A DNA stretch of 64,000 nt from Flavobacteriales bacterium (GTDB taxonomy: Bacteria; Bacteroidota; Bacteroidia; Flavobacteriales_F; PHOS-HE28): positions 3,116 through 67,115 of the forward strand of contig JAWKNF010000014.1 of the NCBI GenBank assembly GCA_041391825.1, given 5' to 3'. The number at the start of each line of letters is the position of its first letter. The first letter of the stretch is position 1. Both the position numbers and the translations under genes were made by a program. Shown piece after piece: positions 36,245 through 47,100 of the stretch. The notes beneath the pieces are model-generated. The model did not search any database, was not told the DNA's origin, and saw only the letters and a program-made list of their open reading frames with translations.

Positions 36245-37555
36245 TCAGCTCAGGAGCTTGTCCAACTCCTGCTCCATGATGTCCAGCCCGGCGTTCAGTT
36301 GTTCATCGGTGATCACAAGGGGGCACAGGACGCGAATGATGTTCTTGTATGTGCCGGCGGGGATGATCACCAGGTTCCGCTTGGCGCAAGCTTCCATGAG
36401 CTTGGTGCAGATCTCGGCATCGGGTTGCATGGGGTCGTTGTTCTTCACGAACTCCATGGCCATCATGGCGCCCAGGCCGCGCACATCGCCGATCTCGGAG
36501 TGCTTGCGCTTCCAGCTTTCGAAACGTCCCCGGATGACCTTGCCGACATGCGCACCTTTCGCGTTGATGTCGATCTCTTCCATGTACTTGAGCGTGGCCA
36601 GTGCCGCCGCGCAGCTGACAGGGCTTCCGATGTAGGTGCCACCGATGGTGCTCGGGGCCGCCGCATCCATGATCTCCGCCTTGCCTATGACAGCCCCGAT
36701 GGGCATGCCGCTGCCGAGGCTTTTGGCCCAAGTGCTCAGGTCGGGTGTAACGCCGAAATGCTCATATGCCGACCAAGCACCGGTGCGCCCGAAGCCGCTC
36801 TGCACCTCGTCGAAGATCAGTACGATGCCATGCTCATCGCAGAACTCGCGCAGGCCGCGCAGGTACCCCGCAGGTGCGGTGTTGAATCCGCCTTCTCCCT
36901 GCACCACTTCGATAATGATGGCCGCAAGGCTTTCCGGCGCGATGGTGTTCAACTTCACTTCGTGCAAGCGACGCAGTTTCGCGGCAACGAATTCTTCCTC
37001 ACTACGCCCGTTACCATAGCGGTAAACGTTCGGGAAGGGAATACGGTACACCTCCGGTGCAAACGGTCCGCAGCCTGTCTTGTAGGCTACTTTGCTGGTC
37101 AGGGTCATGGCCATCAACGAACGACCGTGGAAGGCATCCGTGTAGCACAACACCGCCTGGCGACCGGTGGCCTGACGCGCTATTTTGATCGCGTTCTCCA
37201 CGGCCTCGGCGCCGGTGCTCACCAACATCGTCTTGGTGGGTCCGCCATGCGGCAACAAGGCGTTGAGCTTCTCGCAAAGTGCGATGTAGGGCTCGTAGCT
37301 CGCCACATTGAAACTGACGTGCAGGAACTTCTCGGCCTGCTCCTGGATCGCTTTCACGACCGGTGGCGGGCAGTGGCCGGCGTTCACCACACCGATACCA
37401 CCAGCGAAGTCGATCAGCTCGCGGCCATCGGCATCGGTGATCATTGCTCCGCTGGCCGAAACGGCGGTGGCGTAGTTGAACATGCCAACGCCCGTGGGAA
37501 TAGCGGCCTTGCGACGGGCGATCAGTTCCTGGCTCTTGGTAAGTTGCTCGGTCAT
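36245..37555 (-). CDS. Class-III PLP aminotransferase (4-aminobutyrate/omega-amino acid transaminase-like)
   Basis: In ORF 36245-37669, ATG 37555 gives MTEQLTKSQELIARRKAAIPTGV. It has GGIGVVNAGHCPP, VSTGAEAVENAIKIAR, LIFDEVQSGFGRTG and TWAKSLGSGMPIG (PLP-Lys). Confidence 0.85.
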   Translation of the reverse strand: MTEQLTKSQELIARRKAAIPTGVGMFNYATAVSASGAMITDADGRELIDFAGGIGVVNAGHCPPPVVKAIQEQAEKFLHVSFNVASYEPYIALCEKLNALLPHGGPTKTMLVSTGAEAVENAIKIARQATGRQAVLCYTDAFHGRSLMAMTLTSKVAYKTGCGPFAPEVYRIPFPNVYRYGNGRSEEEFVAAKLRRLHEVKLNTIAPESLAAIIIEVVQGEGGFNTAPAGYLRGLREFCDEHGIVLIFDEVQSGFGRTGAWSAYEHFGVTPDLSTWAKSLGSGMPIGAVIGKAEIMDAAAPSTIGGTYIGSPVSCAAALATLKYMEEIDINAKGAHVGKVIRGRFESWKRKHSEIGDVRGLGAMMAMEFVKNNDPMQPDAEICTKLMEACAKRNLVIIPAGTYKNIIRVLCPLVITDEQLNAGLDIMEQELDKLLS

Positions 37556-37684
37556 AACGGTGCTGGAATTCGGGTGCAAAGGTCTCGTTCCTCGTGGATA
37601 TCCGAGCCCCGTGGGTGGGAATAGATACCAACAGCGCGCTTCTGTGCTGAAGAACCCGCTGGTCCGCACAAAGAGAACAGTGGA

Positions 37685-40290
37685 TCAGTCCAAGCGGTGG
37701 GCCAGGGTCACGGTCTTCTTGAACCGCTCCACATTGCCGTTCAGATCGAACACCTCCAGCAACACGATGTATGGCCCCATGCGAGCGAGGCTGCCGCTGT
37801 CCAAGAGGCCGTTCCAGGAGATCGAGCCTTCTGTTCCGAGCAATTCGCTTTCCATGAGTTTCCGAGCCTCCCGTCCGGTAATGTCATAAACGGTCAGGTT
37901 GCCCACGAAACCCGCTTGGTCCATGCGGTACGAGATGGTCAGCAGGTCCTGGTAGCCGTCGTTGTCCGGACTGAAGATGGCCGGTTCGATGGTGATCTCG
38001 CCGCTCGGTGCAGGAGCCTGGCATACTGGGAGTTCACATAGCCCGGGGTCGCTTTCCCGGCCACGTCCGCCGCGCTTTGCCAGTTGGTGTTGTCGGCCGT
38101 TGGTCTATCCGGATCCACGCGCTCCAAGGTGTAGCCTTCGGTGTTGTTGAGCAGTGCGAAGTGCAGGTCATCGCTGTAATCGAAGCGGTCGAGCAGGGTC
38201 CCGGCAGCATCTTGAAGCACCACCGAGCCCTCACCGTTGTTGTAGCTCGGCATGTCGGTCACCAAGAAGCGGTCGGTGCGGCTTTGCGGATAGTTCAGAA
38301 CGATGTTCGCTTGGTCCTCGCAGATCAATACGTACGCGCCAGGGAGCAGGAGGGTCGCACTGCTCGTGATCGTCAGCGCACTGCCCACGGCTCCGTTGCT
38401 CACATTGGCCAATTTCCAACCGGCCAAGCTCAGCACCTTGTTGCTGCGGTTGAACAGTTCCACCATGTCACTACCGGAACCGATGGGGTCGTACAACACC
38501 TCATTGATCACGACATCTCCCACCTCCACCGGCTCCGGGATCGCGAAGGAGGCGGTGTTCGTAGCTCCGATGGCATTTCCGGGACAGTCCGTAACGCCTG
38601 TCACAACGATGGTGTACACGACCCCTTCGTCCATCGGCGTCGCGAAGTTGAGCTGTACGTTCGTTGCGCTGACAAGAACGGCGGAACCCACGGTCAAGGC
38701 CGGTTCGACCGTATAGATCCCATTGCTCAGACCGGCCGCATCCATGGCTTCGCTGAAGACCAGCGTGATGCTGCTGGCGTTCGCTACTTGCACGGCGAGA
38801 AGCGATGGCGCGAGGTTGTCCGGTACCAAGGCGTAGATGCTGTTCTGCGCACCCGGTGTGCCGCCGGCCGGCGCATTGCTCGCCCGCCAATTCGCTGCGC
38901 CACTGCAAGGCGCTGTCGGGTCTATCTGTTCCAAGGTCCAGCCGCCGTCGTCCTTCACACCATCCTGGTACCAGCTCAACGCATAGCTCACTGCATCGAT
39001 GGTCGTGCCTGTGCTGTTCTTCAGGACCAAAGCGTCGCCGTCGTTGTTCAGAGCGGGAAGGCTGGCAAGCCCAAGTTTGTTCGGAATGGTCGGGAACAAG
39101 GGCAAGTTCGCATTGGCCACGACCAGCACGTACCCGCCGGGCGTCAAGGTGTAGGACGGCAGCACCACCGGCGTTCCGCCATCGCTGAAGGTCCATCCGG
39201 CCAGGTCGAAGGTGCGGTCGGCGGTAGCGTTGTACAGTTCGATGAACTCCACTTCCGGCAGGCCGACCACCGGGCTCGGGTCGGCCATGATCTCATTGAT
39301 CACTACATCGCGCACCTCCGCTCCTGCCGGCACGAAATAGTCGAACACGAAGGGTGTTGAGGACATGGCGTTGCCGGCCAGATCCTCAACACCCGAGGTG
39401 AACAGTGTGTACGTTGTGCCGCTCGATAGGGGAAGCCCAAGGGCCAAGTGCACCTTGTTCAATTGTGTACCGTCGCGCTGTGCCGTGCTGACCGAGCCGA
39501 AGGGCTGCAGATCGTAGTTGTTCGCGTCATTGGCCGTAGTGGCATCCACGTTCTCACTGAACAGGACGTCGATGTTCGTCGCATCGATCACCACCACGCT
39601 CGTCACGGTGGGCGGTGTGTTGTCAACGGTGATCGCCCGTGCAGCGATATCGTCGAAGTAGTGGTTGTTCACCGCGGAGGAAGCGGTGCTCTGTTCGATC
39701 CGGATACCGAAGTGGGAGGCCGCGGTGTGCGTGGCATCCAAGACGCTTCCAGCGTTCACATAGGTGCCGGTGGCGCCGTCATCGAAGAACAGGGCCCAGG
39801 ATCCGGCGGCGGTACGTGTCACTTTGATCCTGAACGGGTTAGATGAGCTACTGTTCACCACACCATCCGGGCTTTGTAAGGCCATGCTGGTGGCCGTGCC
39901 GGCCGTGCGACGGAACATCTCGACACGATCGGCCGTGCCCCCGATCCGCACGAAATAACCGTTCACAGCGGTGGAAAGATCGGCCGCGTCGCTCATCACG
40001 TGCACATCCACGTAATTGGCACCGCTCGTGGCGAAACGCAGGTCGATGAAGAACTCCCACTCCGCATCATCCACCAGCGTGCTGGGCGTGCTCAAGTGGT
40101 AGTTGGCTGCGCCCGGACTTTGCGAACGCAGCTGTCCGGAAGCGGCGGTGAACAGGCCCGCATCGCCGCTCCAGGCCACGCCATTGGTGAAGTCCAGGTC
40201 GGCGAAATCATCGCTGAACTGGGCATTTACGGCCTGCATGGAGAGCAGCGCCGAAAGGATGATCACAAGGGTGCGGAGCGGTCCGAGCAT
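37685..40290 (-). CDS. Large secreted lamin-tail-domain (LTD) / Ig-like repeat protein with a C-terminal FlgD-Ig/T9SS-like domain, with one frameshift as assembled
   Basis: Signal peptide MLGPLRTLVIILSALLSMQAVNAQ. LTD motifs: VVINEIMADPSP...VEFIELYN and VVINEVLYDPIGSGSDMVELFN. ORFs 37939-40290 and 37685-37924 join (…NSQYAQAPAPSGEITIEPAIFSPDNDGYQDLL…) if GG 38020-38021 is read as GGG. Confidence 0.65.
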
Positions 40291-40351
40291 GTTCGGGGAA
40301 AGGGATGGAAAGGTAGTACTTTCGGGCTCCTAAGCACGTTCAGCATAAGTG

Positions 40352-41350
40352 ATGAAAGTAGCAGTTGTGGGTGCCACCGGCATGGTCGGGGGGGTCATGT
40401 TGAAGGTTCTGGAGGAGCGGGACTTTCCGGTTTCCGAGCTCCTTGCCGTAGCGAGCGATCGAAGTGCTGGTCGGATGGTCGTGTTCCGTGGTCAGGAAGT
40501 GCCGGTGATCGGCATGACGGAAGCGGTCGCCGCTAAGCCGGACATCGCGCTCTTTTCGGCCGGTGGCAGGACTTCCTTGGAGTGGGCGCCGCGCTTCGCC
40601 GAGGTCGGTTGCATCGTGATCGACAACAGCAGCGCTTGGCGCATGCATCCCGATAAGAAGCTGCTTGTGCCCGAGGTGAACGGTGATGTGCTCACGGCGG
40701 AGGATCGCATCATTGCGAACCCCAATTGCAGCACGATACAGATGGTCATGGCCTTGTCGCCCTTGCACAAGGCATATACGGTCCAACGGGTGATCGTTTC
40801 CACGTATCAGAGCGTTACCGGCACAGGGGTGAAAGCTGTCGAACAGATGGAGAACGAACGCCGCGGCGTCACCGGCGAAATGGCTTATCCGTTCCCGATC
40901 GATCGCAATGTGATCCCACGCTGCGATGTGTTCACGGAGAACGGCTACACCAAGGAGGAAATGAAGTTGGTGCACGAAACACAGAAGATCCTTGATCCGG
41001 CCATCCGGGTATCGGCGACCGCTGTTCGTGTACCCGTGACCGGCGGCCATAGTGAAGCGGTGAACGTGGAGTTCGCCAAGGAGTTCGAGATCGAAGAGGT
41101 GCGGGAGTTGTTGCGCTCGACACCGGGTATCGTACTGCTTGACGACGTGGACAAGGATGAGTACCCCATGCCTTTGATCGCCAACGGCCGTGACGAGGTC
41201 TTCGTGGGACGTCTCCGTCGTGATGAGACCCAAGACCGTACGTTGAACATGTGGATCGTGGCCGATAACCTGCGGAAAGGAGCTGCAACGAACGCGGTGC
41301 AGATCGCCGAGCGGGTGCTTGCACTGCACGGAAAGGCCGTGACCGCTTGA
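40352..41350 (+). CDS. asd: Aspartate-semialdehyde dehydrogenase
   Basis: MKVAVVGATGMVGGVMLKVLEERDFPVSEL..., IANPNCSTIQMV (active-site Cys), and full length. Confidence 0.9.
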   Translation: MKVAVVGATGMVGGVMLKVLEERDFPVSELLAVASDRSAGRMVVFRGQEVPVIGMTEAVAAKPDIALFSAGGRTSLEWAPRFAEVGCIVIDNSSAWRMHPDKKLLVPEVNGDVLTAEDRIIANPNCSTIQMVMALSPLHKAYTVQRVIVSTYQSVTGTGVKAVEQMENERRGVTGEMAYPFPIDRNVIPRCDVFTENGYTKEEMKLVHETQKILDPAIRVSATAVRVPVTGGHSEAVNVEFAKEFEIEEVRELLRSTPGIVLLDDVDKDEYPMPLIANGRDEVFVGRLRRDETQDRTLNMWIVADNLRKGAATNAVQIAERVLALHGKAVTA

Positions 41351-41420
41351 GGGAGGTTTGAGCAATAGGGAAAACAACTTCGCGTTATCGCCGGCATCGG
41401 AACCGACCAACACCTTCACA

Positions 41421-42314
41421 ATGGGACCACACCGCCTCGCCTTGCTTTGCGCATGCACCGTACTTGGTATGGCTTCGTTCGCTCAATCCGGGACCGGCGA
41501 AGCGGTGCGGCCGTTGGTGGGTGATGCGTACGTCATCGGTGGTGCCGTATACAGCGCAAGCGTTCCATTGGGATTGGCGGATTGGAAGGCCGTCCTCCCG
41601 GACTCCAGGTTGCTGCAGAAGGTTGACCCGAACGCGCCCGGCGCTGACTATAATTACTACCTGCCGGAGTACCAGAGTGCAACGGGCATGTTCGAAATGG
41701 GGGTCGGCTTGGACCTGGGCCGTAAGCGACCGCAACAAGCGAAAGTGAGGCAGCAGCTCCGTATCTCGGCCACCTATGTGGGTGCTGATGAACTGACGGA
41801 TGCCTGGCGACGATCGCTCACCGGACCGTACGACACACTGGTCTCCCAGCAGACCGGTGAGGAGATCCTGTTCGACACGACATGGAGCGAGCGGACCGTG
41901 GTCTCGGCGCGCTTTTCGCGTATCGGTATCGCGGCCACCTATCTGCTCATCGGTAACAACGCCTCGCGTTGGAAATGGAACATCGGTGCCGGCGGTTCAT
42001 TGGGGACCACGCTGAACGTTCAAGGCAATGTCGATCGCTTCGCTGGAAGTGGGAACCGACCTTATGATCAATACTACTACGGCGTGCAGTTGGTCGAAAG
42101 CGAGAGCTTCCGCATCGGAAGTTCGATCTGGGGCAGTGTCCACGGTGTCTTCGGATTGGACTATCGCTTGAGCAAGGCGCATCCGTTCTGGAGCACGCTC
42201 AACCTGCATTACGAATTGCGTCCTGCCATCCAGTTCGGCAGTGTACCGGGTGCCGATGGCTATGCCTACGGCACGGTGCAGCAACTCTTCGGCCTGCGGA
42301 TCGATCTGCGCTGA
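41421..42314 (+). CDS. Hypothetical exported protein (possibly outer membrane)
   Basis: In ORF 41358-42314, ATG 41421 gives MGPHRLALLCACTVLGMASFAQSG. No family recognised. Confidence 0.4.
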   Translation: MGPHRLALLCACTVLGMASFAQSGTGEAVRPLVGDAYVIGGAVYSASVPLGLADWKAVLPDSRLLQKVDPNAPGADYNYYLPEYQSATGMFEMGVGLDLGRKRPQQAKVRQQLRISATYVGADELTDAWRRSLTGPYDTLVSQQTGEEILFDTTWSERTVVSARFSRIGIAATYLLIGNNASRWKWNIGAGGSLGTTLNVQGNVDRFAGSGNRPYDQYYYGVQLVESESFRIGSSIWGSVHGVFGLDYRLSKAHPFWSTLNLHYELRPAIQFGSVPGADGYAYGTVQQLFGLRIDLR

Positions 42315-42323
42315 TCGTGCCGA

Positions 42324-42988
42324 TCAGGAAACGGCTGCATCCTCTGCAGGAGTCTCCTCTGCAGGGCTTTCCACTTGGGCGTCCAGTCGCTCTTCCTCCC
42401 GTTTCGCTGAACGTTGGGCCAGAATGAACAGCACCACGCCAATGGTGATGGCCGCATCCGCGATGTTGAACACCGGTCGGAAGAACACGAAATGTTCGCC
42501 ACCCCATTGTGGGATCCATTCGGGAAGTCCGGCCTTCCCAGAGCGGGAAGTAGAACATGTCCACAACAGCACCGTGCAGCATGGGCGCGTAGCCGCCGTC
42601 GGCAGGCAGGAATACCGCCTTTTCCGAAGGGAGTGCTGGCACTGAAGAGGCATGCCATAGAAGGTGCTATCGATGATGTTGCCCAACGCACCGGCAGGAT
42701 CAGGAAACGCTAACGACCAGTCCTGTGGTCGCGCCCCGTTTGATCGTGTGGAAGAGGCTGTAGCCGATGCGAGACCGCAGCGATGCGGAACAGCGTGAGC
42801 ACCAACTTGCCCCATTCGCCACCGAACTCCATGCCGAAGGCCATGCCCCGGTTCTCGATGAAGTGCAGGTAGCCCTTGTCACCAAGGATCGGGATGGCAC
42901 TGTCGTAGAAGAAATTCAATTTCACCCAGACCTTGAGCACTTGGTCCGCGACCAGCACCGAAAGGATGATGAGCAACGCGCGCTTCAA
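42324..42988 (-). pseudogene. lspA: Lipoprotein signal peptidase II, with at least 4 frameshifts as assembled (probably sequence error, since the gene is normally essential)
   Basis: ORF 42710-42988 gives MKRALLIILSVLVADQVLKVWVK...HFIENRGMAFGMEFGG. Later pieces lie in other frames: GATTGLVVS, AGALGNIIDSTFYGM, VVDMFYFPLWEG, PEWIPQWGGEHFVFFRPVFNIADAAITIGVVLFIL. Confidence 0.75.
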
Positions 42989-43076
42989 ATCATCGACCGG
43001 TTAGGACGTGTGATGCACGGTGAAGTGGTGGGAACCACCTGACAGCCGCGTTGCGCTGCAACGATCTTCACCGGGT

Positions 43077-43499
43077 TCAGTTGCCCATTTGCTGCTTGGC
43101 CTCGATGCTCAGGGTGGCATGTGGGACCAAGCGCAAACGCTCCTTGCTGATCAAACGACCGGTGACCCGGCAAATGCCATAGGTCTTGTTCCGGATGCGC
43201 AGCAGTGCATCCTCCAAGTGCTTGATGAACTTCTCTTGACGTCCCGCCAATTGGGCGGTCTCTTCACGGCTCAGGGTCTCGCTGCCGTCCTCGATCATCT
43301 TGAATGAGGGGCTCGTGTCGTCCGTCCCATTGTTGTCCGTGTTGGCCAAGGTCTGCTTCAAGAGGTCGTAGTCCTTGCGGGCCTCGTCCAGTTTTCGCTT
43401 GATCGAGGTGGTGAACTCAACAAGCTCTTCATCGCTGTACCGGACCTTGGAAGCATGCTCCAAGGTGGAAACCTGCTTTTTGACCACAGGTGCCGGCAT
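43077..43499 (-). CDS. TraR/DksA-family regulator
   Basis: KVRYSDEELVEF...NGTDDTSPSFKMIEDGSETLSREE...KTYGICRVTGRLISKERLRLVPHATLSIEAK. ATG 43499 is preceded in frame by RSIVAPNRP after a TGA. Confidence 0.75.
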   Translation of the reverse strand: MPAPVVKKQVSTLEHASKVRYSDEELVEFTTSIKRKLDEARKDYDLLKQTLANTDNNGTDDTSPSFKMIEDGSETLSREETAQLAGRQEKFIKHLEDALLRIRNKTYGICRVTGRLISKERLRLVPHATLSIEAKQQMGN

Positions 43500-44082
43500 G
43501 GGACGGTTCGGAGCGACGATGCTGCGTCACCAACGGCTTGTTCGATGCCGCCTTGGTCTCCTTCGGGGCTTCCTTCTTCTTCGATTCCTTCTTCACGCTC
43601 TTGGCCGTTGGTGTTTTCACGGTCGGGGCTTTGGTGACCTTGGCAGGTTTCACCACTTCCTTTTTGACCACTTTTGTTGGTGCGGTCACCTTTTTCGGTG
43701 CCACTGTCTTCTTTGGTGCGGGCTTGGTCACCTTTTTTGCAGGAGCGGCTTTTTTGGCCTTACCAGCGGCTGGTGAAGCCTTCTTGGCTTTTGCCGGAGC
43801 GGCTTTCGCCTTTACGGTCTTCTTAGGTGCTGCTTTCGCGGTCTTGGACACTTTCGCCTTCGCCAGGGTCTTAGCGGCTTTCTTCACCACCTTCTTCACA
43901 GCGACCTTTTTCGCAGGGGCTTTCTTCGCAACGACCTTCTTGGCCGGGGCCTTCTTCGCAGCCGATTTGGCTTTTGCTTTCACGGGCTTCTTCGCCGTCG
44001 TCTTGGCCGCTTTCTTGGGTGCGGCCTTGGCAGCCTTCTTTACGGGCTTGGCTGCCTTCTTGGGTGCGGTTTTCTTTGCCAT
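43429..44082 (-). CDS. Histone-H1-like Lys/Ala/Pro-rich low-complexity protein (217 aa as assembled). Its 3' end overlaps the dksA-like gene by 71 nt.
   Basis: MAKKTAPKKAAKPVKKAAKAAPKKAAKTTAKKPVKAKAKSAAKK... continues for about 185 aa. The last ~30 aa (TQHRRSEPSHAGTCGQKAGFHLGACFQGPVQR) lose this composition, as expected for out-of-frame read-through. Confidence 0.6.
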   Translation of the reverse strand: MAKKTAPKKAAKPVKKAAKAAPKKAAKTTAKKPVKAKAKSAAKKAPAKKVVAKKAPAKKVAVKKVVKKAAKTLAKAKVSKTAKAAPKKTVKAKAAPAKAKKASPAAGKAKKAAPAKKVTKPAPKKTVAPKKVTAPTKVVKKEVVKPAKVTKAPTVKTPTAKSVKKESKKKEAPKETKAASNKPLVTQHRRSEPSHAGTCGQKAGFHLGACFQGPVQR

Positions 44083-44132
44083 GACGGTCCCGAGGTTGGA
44101 AAATTAGCCGCGAATATACGAGATTTCCCGCG

Positions 44133-47100
44133 TCAGTTGGCCGATCGGCTAAGGGTCAATGCGCAGACCATGGTGGGGTCCAACTCGACGGTATGCACCT
44201 GCGGGCCACCGGCGGGCAGGTCTTGCACAAGTAGTTGTTCCTCAGAGGTAATGGCCAGTGTTTCCGCCAGGATGTGCCCAATATGGTTGCTGATCGCTTG
44301 TTCGAATTGTCCGTTCCCGTTCCGCTGGATCCGGAGCTCGATCCGATCCGTGACATCGAAGCCGCTTTCCTTGCGCAAGGTCTGGATCCGACTCACCAAT
44401 TCCCGGGCTATTCCCTCCTGTATCAAGCTGTCGTTCAGGGTGATATCCAAGGCTACGGTCAGGCGTCCTTCGTTGGCCACGCTCAGCCCCGGAACGGTCT
44501 CGGCAGTGATCTCCACCTCATCCAGGTTGACATCAACATCCTGACCTTCAACGGATAACGTGATCTTGCCATCCTGCTCCAAGGTGGCAATGCCGTCCTG
44601 GTCAAGTCCGTTCACGGCCGCGGCCACGCTCTTCATCAGCTTCCCCATACGGGCGCCGAGCTTCTTGAAGTCGGGCTTGATCTTCTTGGTGAGCTTGCTC
44701 TCGCTGGGGTCCAGCATCACCAGTTCCTTCACGTTCACCTCGCTCAGCACCAGTTCGCGGATCCGGCTTCCAAGCGGGTGCGCATCGTGTCATCGAGCAC
44801 CGGCACCAGCATCTTCTGCAAGGGCTGGCGCACGCGATGGCCCTCCAGCTTGCGGATGCTGAGCACCAAGGACGTGAGCTGCTGCGCGAGTTTCGTGCGC
44901 GCTTCGAGTTCGGTATCGATCAAGGCCTCGTTGTGCTTCGGCCAATCGCTTAGGTGTACGCTGCTGCCGCAGAGGTCGCGGTACAGGCGGTCGCTGAAGA
45001 AAGGTGCGATGGGTGCGCTCAACATCGCCACCACCTCCAAGCAGCGGTGCAAGGTCTGGTAGGCCGCGGTCTTGTCGGTGCCCAGTTCGCCTTTCCAAAA
45101 GCGACGACGGTTCAGGCGCACGTACCAGTTGCTGAGGTCCTCCACCACGAAGTCCTGGATGGCGCGTGCCGCGATCGTCGGCTCGTAGTCGCTGTAGTTG
45201 GTGTCGGCGAGCTTGATCAACGAATTCAGACGCGAGAGCACCCATTGGTCCATCTCGGTGCGTTTGTCCATCGACACCTGCTCCACCGTGCTGTCGAAGC
45301 CGTCGATGTTCGCGTACAGCGCGAAGAAGTTGTAGGTGTTGAAGAGCGCGCGGAAGAACTTGCGCTGCACCTCGGTGATGCCGTCCGCGTCGAACTTCAG
45401 GTTGTCCCACGGCGATGCATTGCTGATCATGTACCAGCGCACGGCGTCGGCTCCGTATTCATCCAAGGTCTTGAAGGGGTCCACGGCATTGCCGAGGCGC
45501 TTGCTCATCTTCTGGCCGTGCTTGTCGAGGACCAGGCCGTTGCTCACCACCGCTTTGTACGCGACGCTGTCGAAGCACAAGGTGGAAATGGCATGCAGCG
45601 TGTAGAACCAACCGCGTGTTTGATCGACCCCTTCGGCGATGAACTCCGCGGGGAATTTCTCGTTCAGCGCATCCTTGTTCTCGAAGGGATAGTGGAGCTG
45701 TGCGTAGGGCATGGATCCACTGTCGAACCATACGTCGATCAGGTCGGTCTCCCGCGTCATCGGCTTGCCGCTGGGCGAAACGAGCACGATGTCATCCGCG
45801 AAAGGACGGTGCAGGTCCACCTTGTCGTAGTTGGCGTCGCTCATGTCCGCCGGGTCGAAGTCGGCGTAGGGATCGGCCTTCATCACACCGGCCTTCACGC
45901 TCTTCGCGATCTCCTCCTTCAGTTGCTTCAAGGAACCGATGCAGAGCTCCTCGTCGCGGTCCGCGGTGCGCCAGATCGGGAGCGGGATGCCCCAATAGCG
46001 CGAACGCGAGAGGTTCCAGTCCTGTAGGTTCTCCAGCCAATTGCCGAAGCGACCGGTGCCGGTGCTTTCGGGTTTCCAGTTGATCGTCTTGTTGAGCGCG
46101 ATCAAACGGTCCTTCTTCGCCGTGGTGCGCACGAACCAGCTGTCGAGCGGGTAGTAGAGGATCGGCTTGTCGGTGCGCCAGCAGTGCGGGTAGTTGTGTT
46201 CGTACTTCTCCACCCTGAAAGCGCGTCCCATCTCCTTCAGCTTGATGCTGATCTCCACGTCGACACTCTTGTCCGGCGCGGTGCCGGCGGGGTAGTATTC
46301 GTTCTTCACGTACTTGCCCGCGAACTCGCCCATCTCGGGGGTGAAGCGCCCTTGCAGATCAACGAGCGTGAGCGATCCGATGCCGTGCTCCTTGGCCACG
46401 CGCATGTCGTCCGCGCCGAAGCTGGGTGCGGTGTGGACCACGCCGGTGCCATCCTCGGTGGTCACGAAGTTGCCGCCGATCACCTTGAAGGCATCGCCGC
46501 CTTCGGGCGTGCCATAGGAAAGCAATTGCTCGTAGCGGATGCCTTCCAGCTGGTGGCCGTAGAACTCCAGGTCCATCGTCCACGGCACGTTCTTACCGCT
46601 CTTGTCATAGGCTTGAACGGTTTCCTTCCACGCACCACCATCCACGAAGTGCTTTCCGTTGAAGTAGGCCGCAACCTGCGACTTCGCGAGCACCATGGTC
46701 TGCGGCTCGTGCGTGTAGGGGTTGAAACTTTTGATGCGCACGTAGTCCAACTTCGGACCCACCGTAAGCGCGGTGTTGCTCGGGAGCGTCCACGGCGTGG
46801 TGGTCCAAGCAAGGATGAACACCTCACCGAACGCGTCCTTGAAGAGGAACTCGCTGGCACTGTCCTCCTTTACCTTGAACATGGCCACCGCACTGGTGTC
46901 CTTCACGCTCTTGTAGGTGCCGGGTTGGTTCAGGTCATGCGAGGAAAGCCCCGTGCCCGCCGCGGGGGAATAGGGCTGGATCGTGTAGCCCTTGTAAAGT
47001 AGGTCCTGGTCGTAGAGCTGCTTCAGCAGGTGCCACACGCTCTCGATGTACTTGGTGTGGTAGGTGACGTACGGATGCTCCAGGTCCAGCCAGAACCCGA

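Noticed and set aside
43490-44107. 205-aa Phe/Ala/Gly-rich 'membrane-like' ORF
   Set aside because: It is the reverse-complement reading of the Lys/Ala codon repeats (AAG/GCC gives CTT/GGC) of the H1-like gene. It is a low-complexity artefact.
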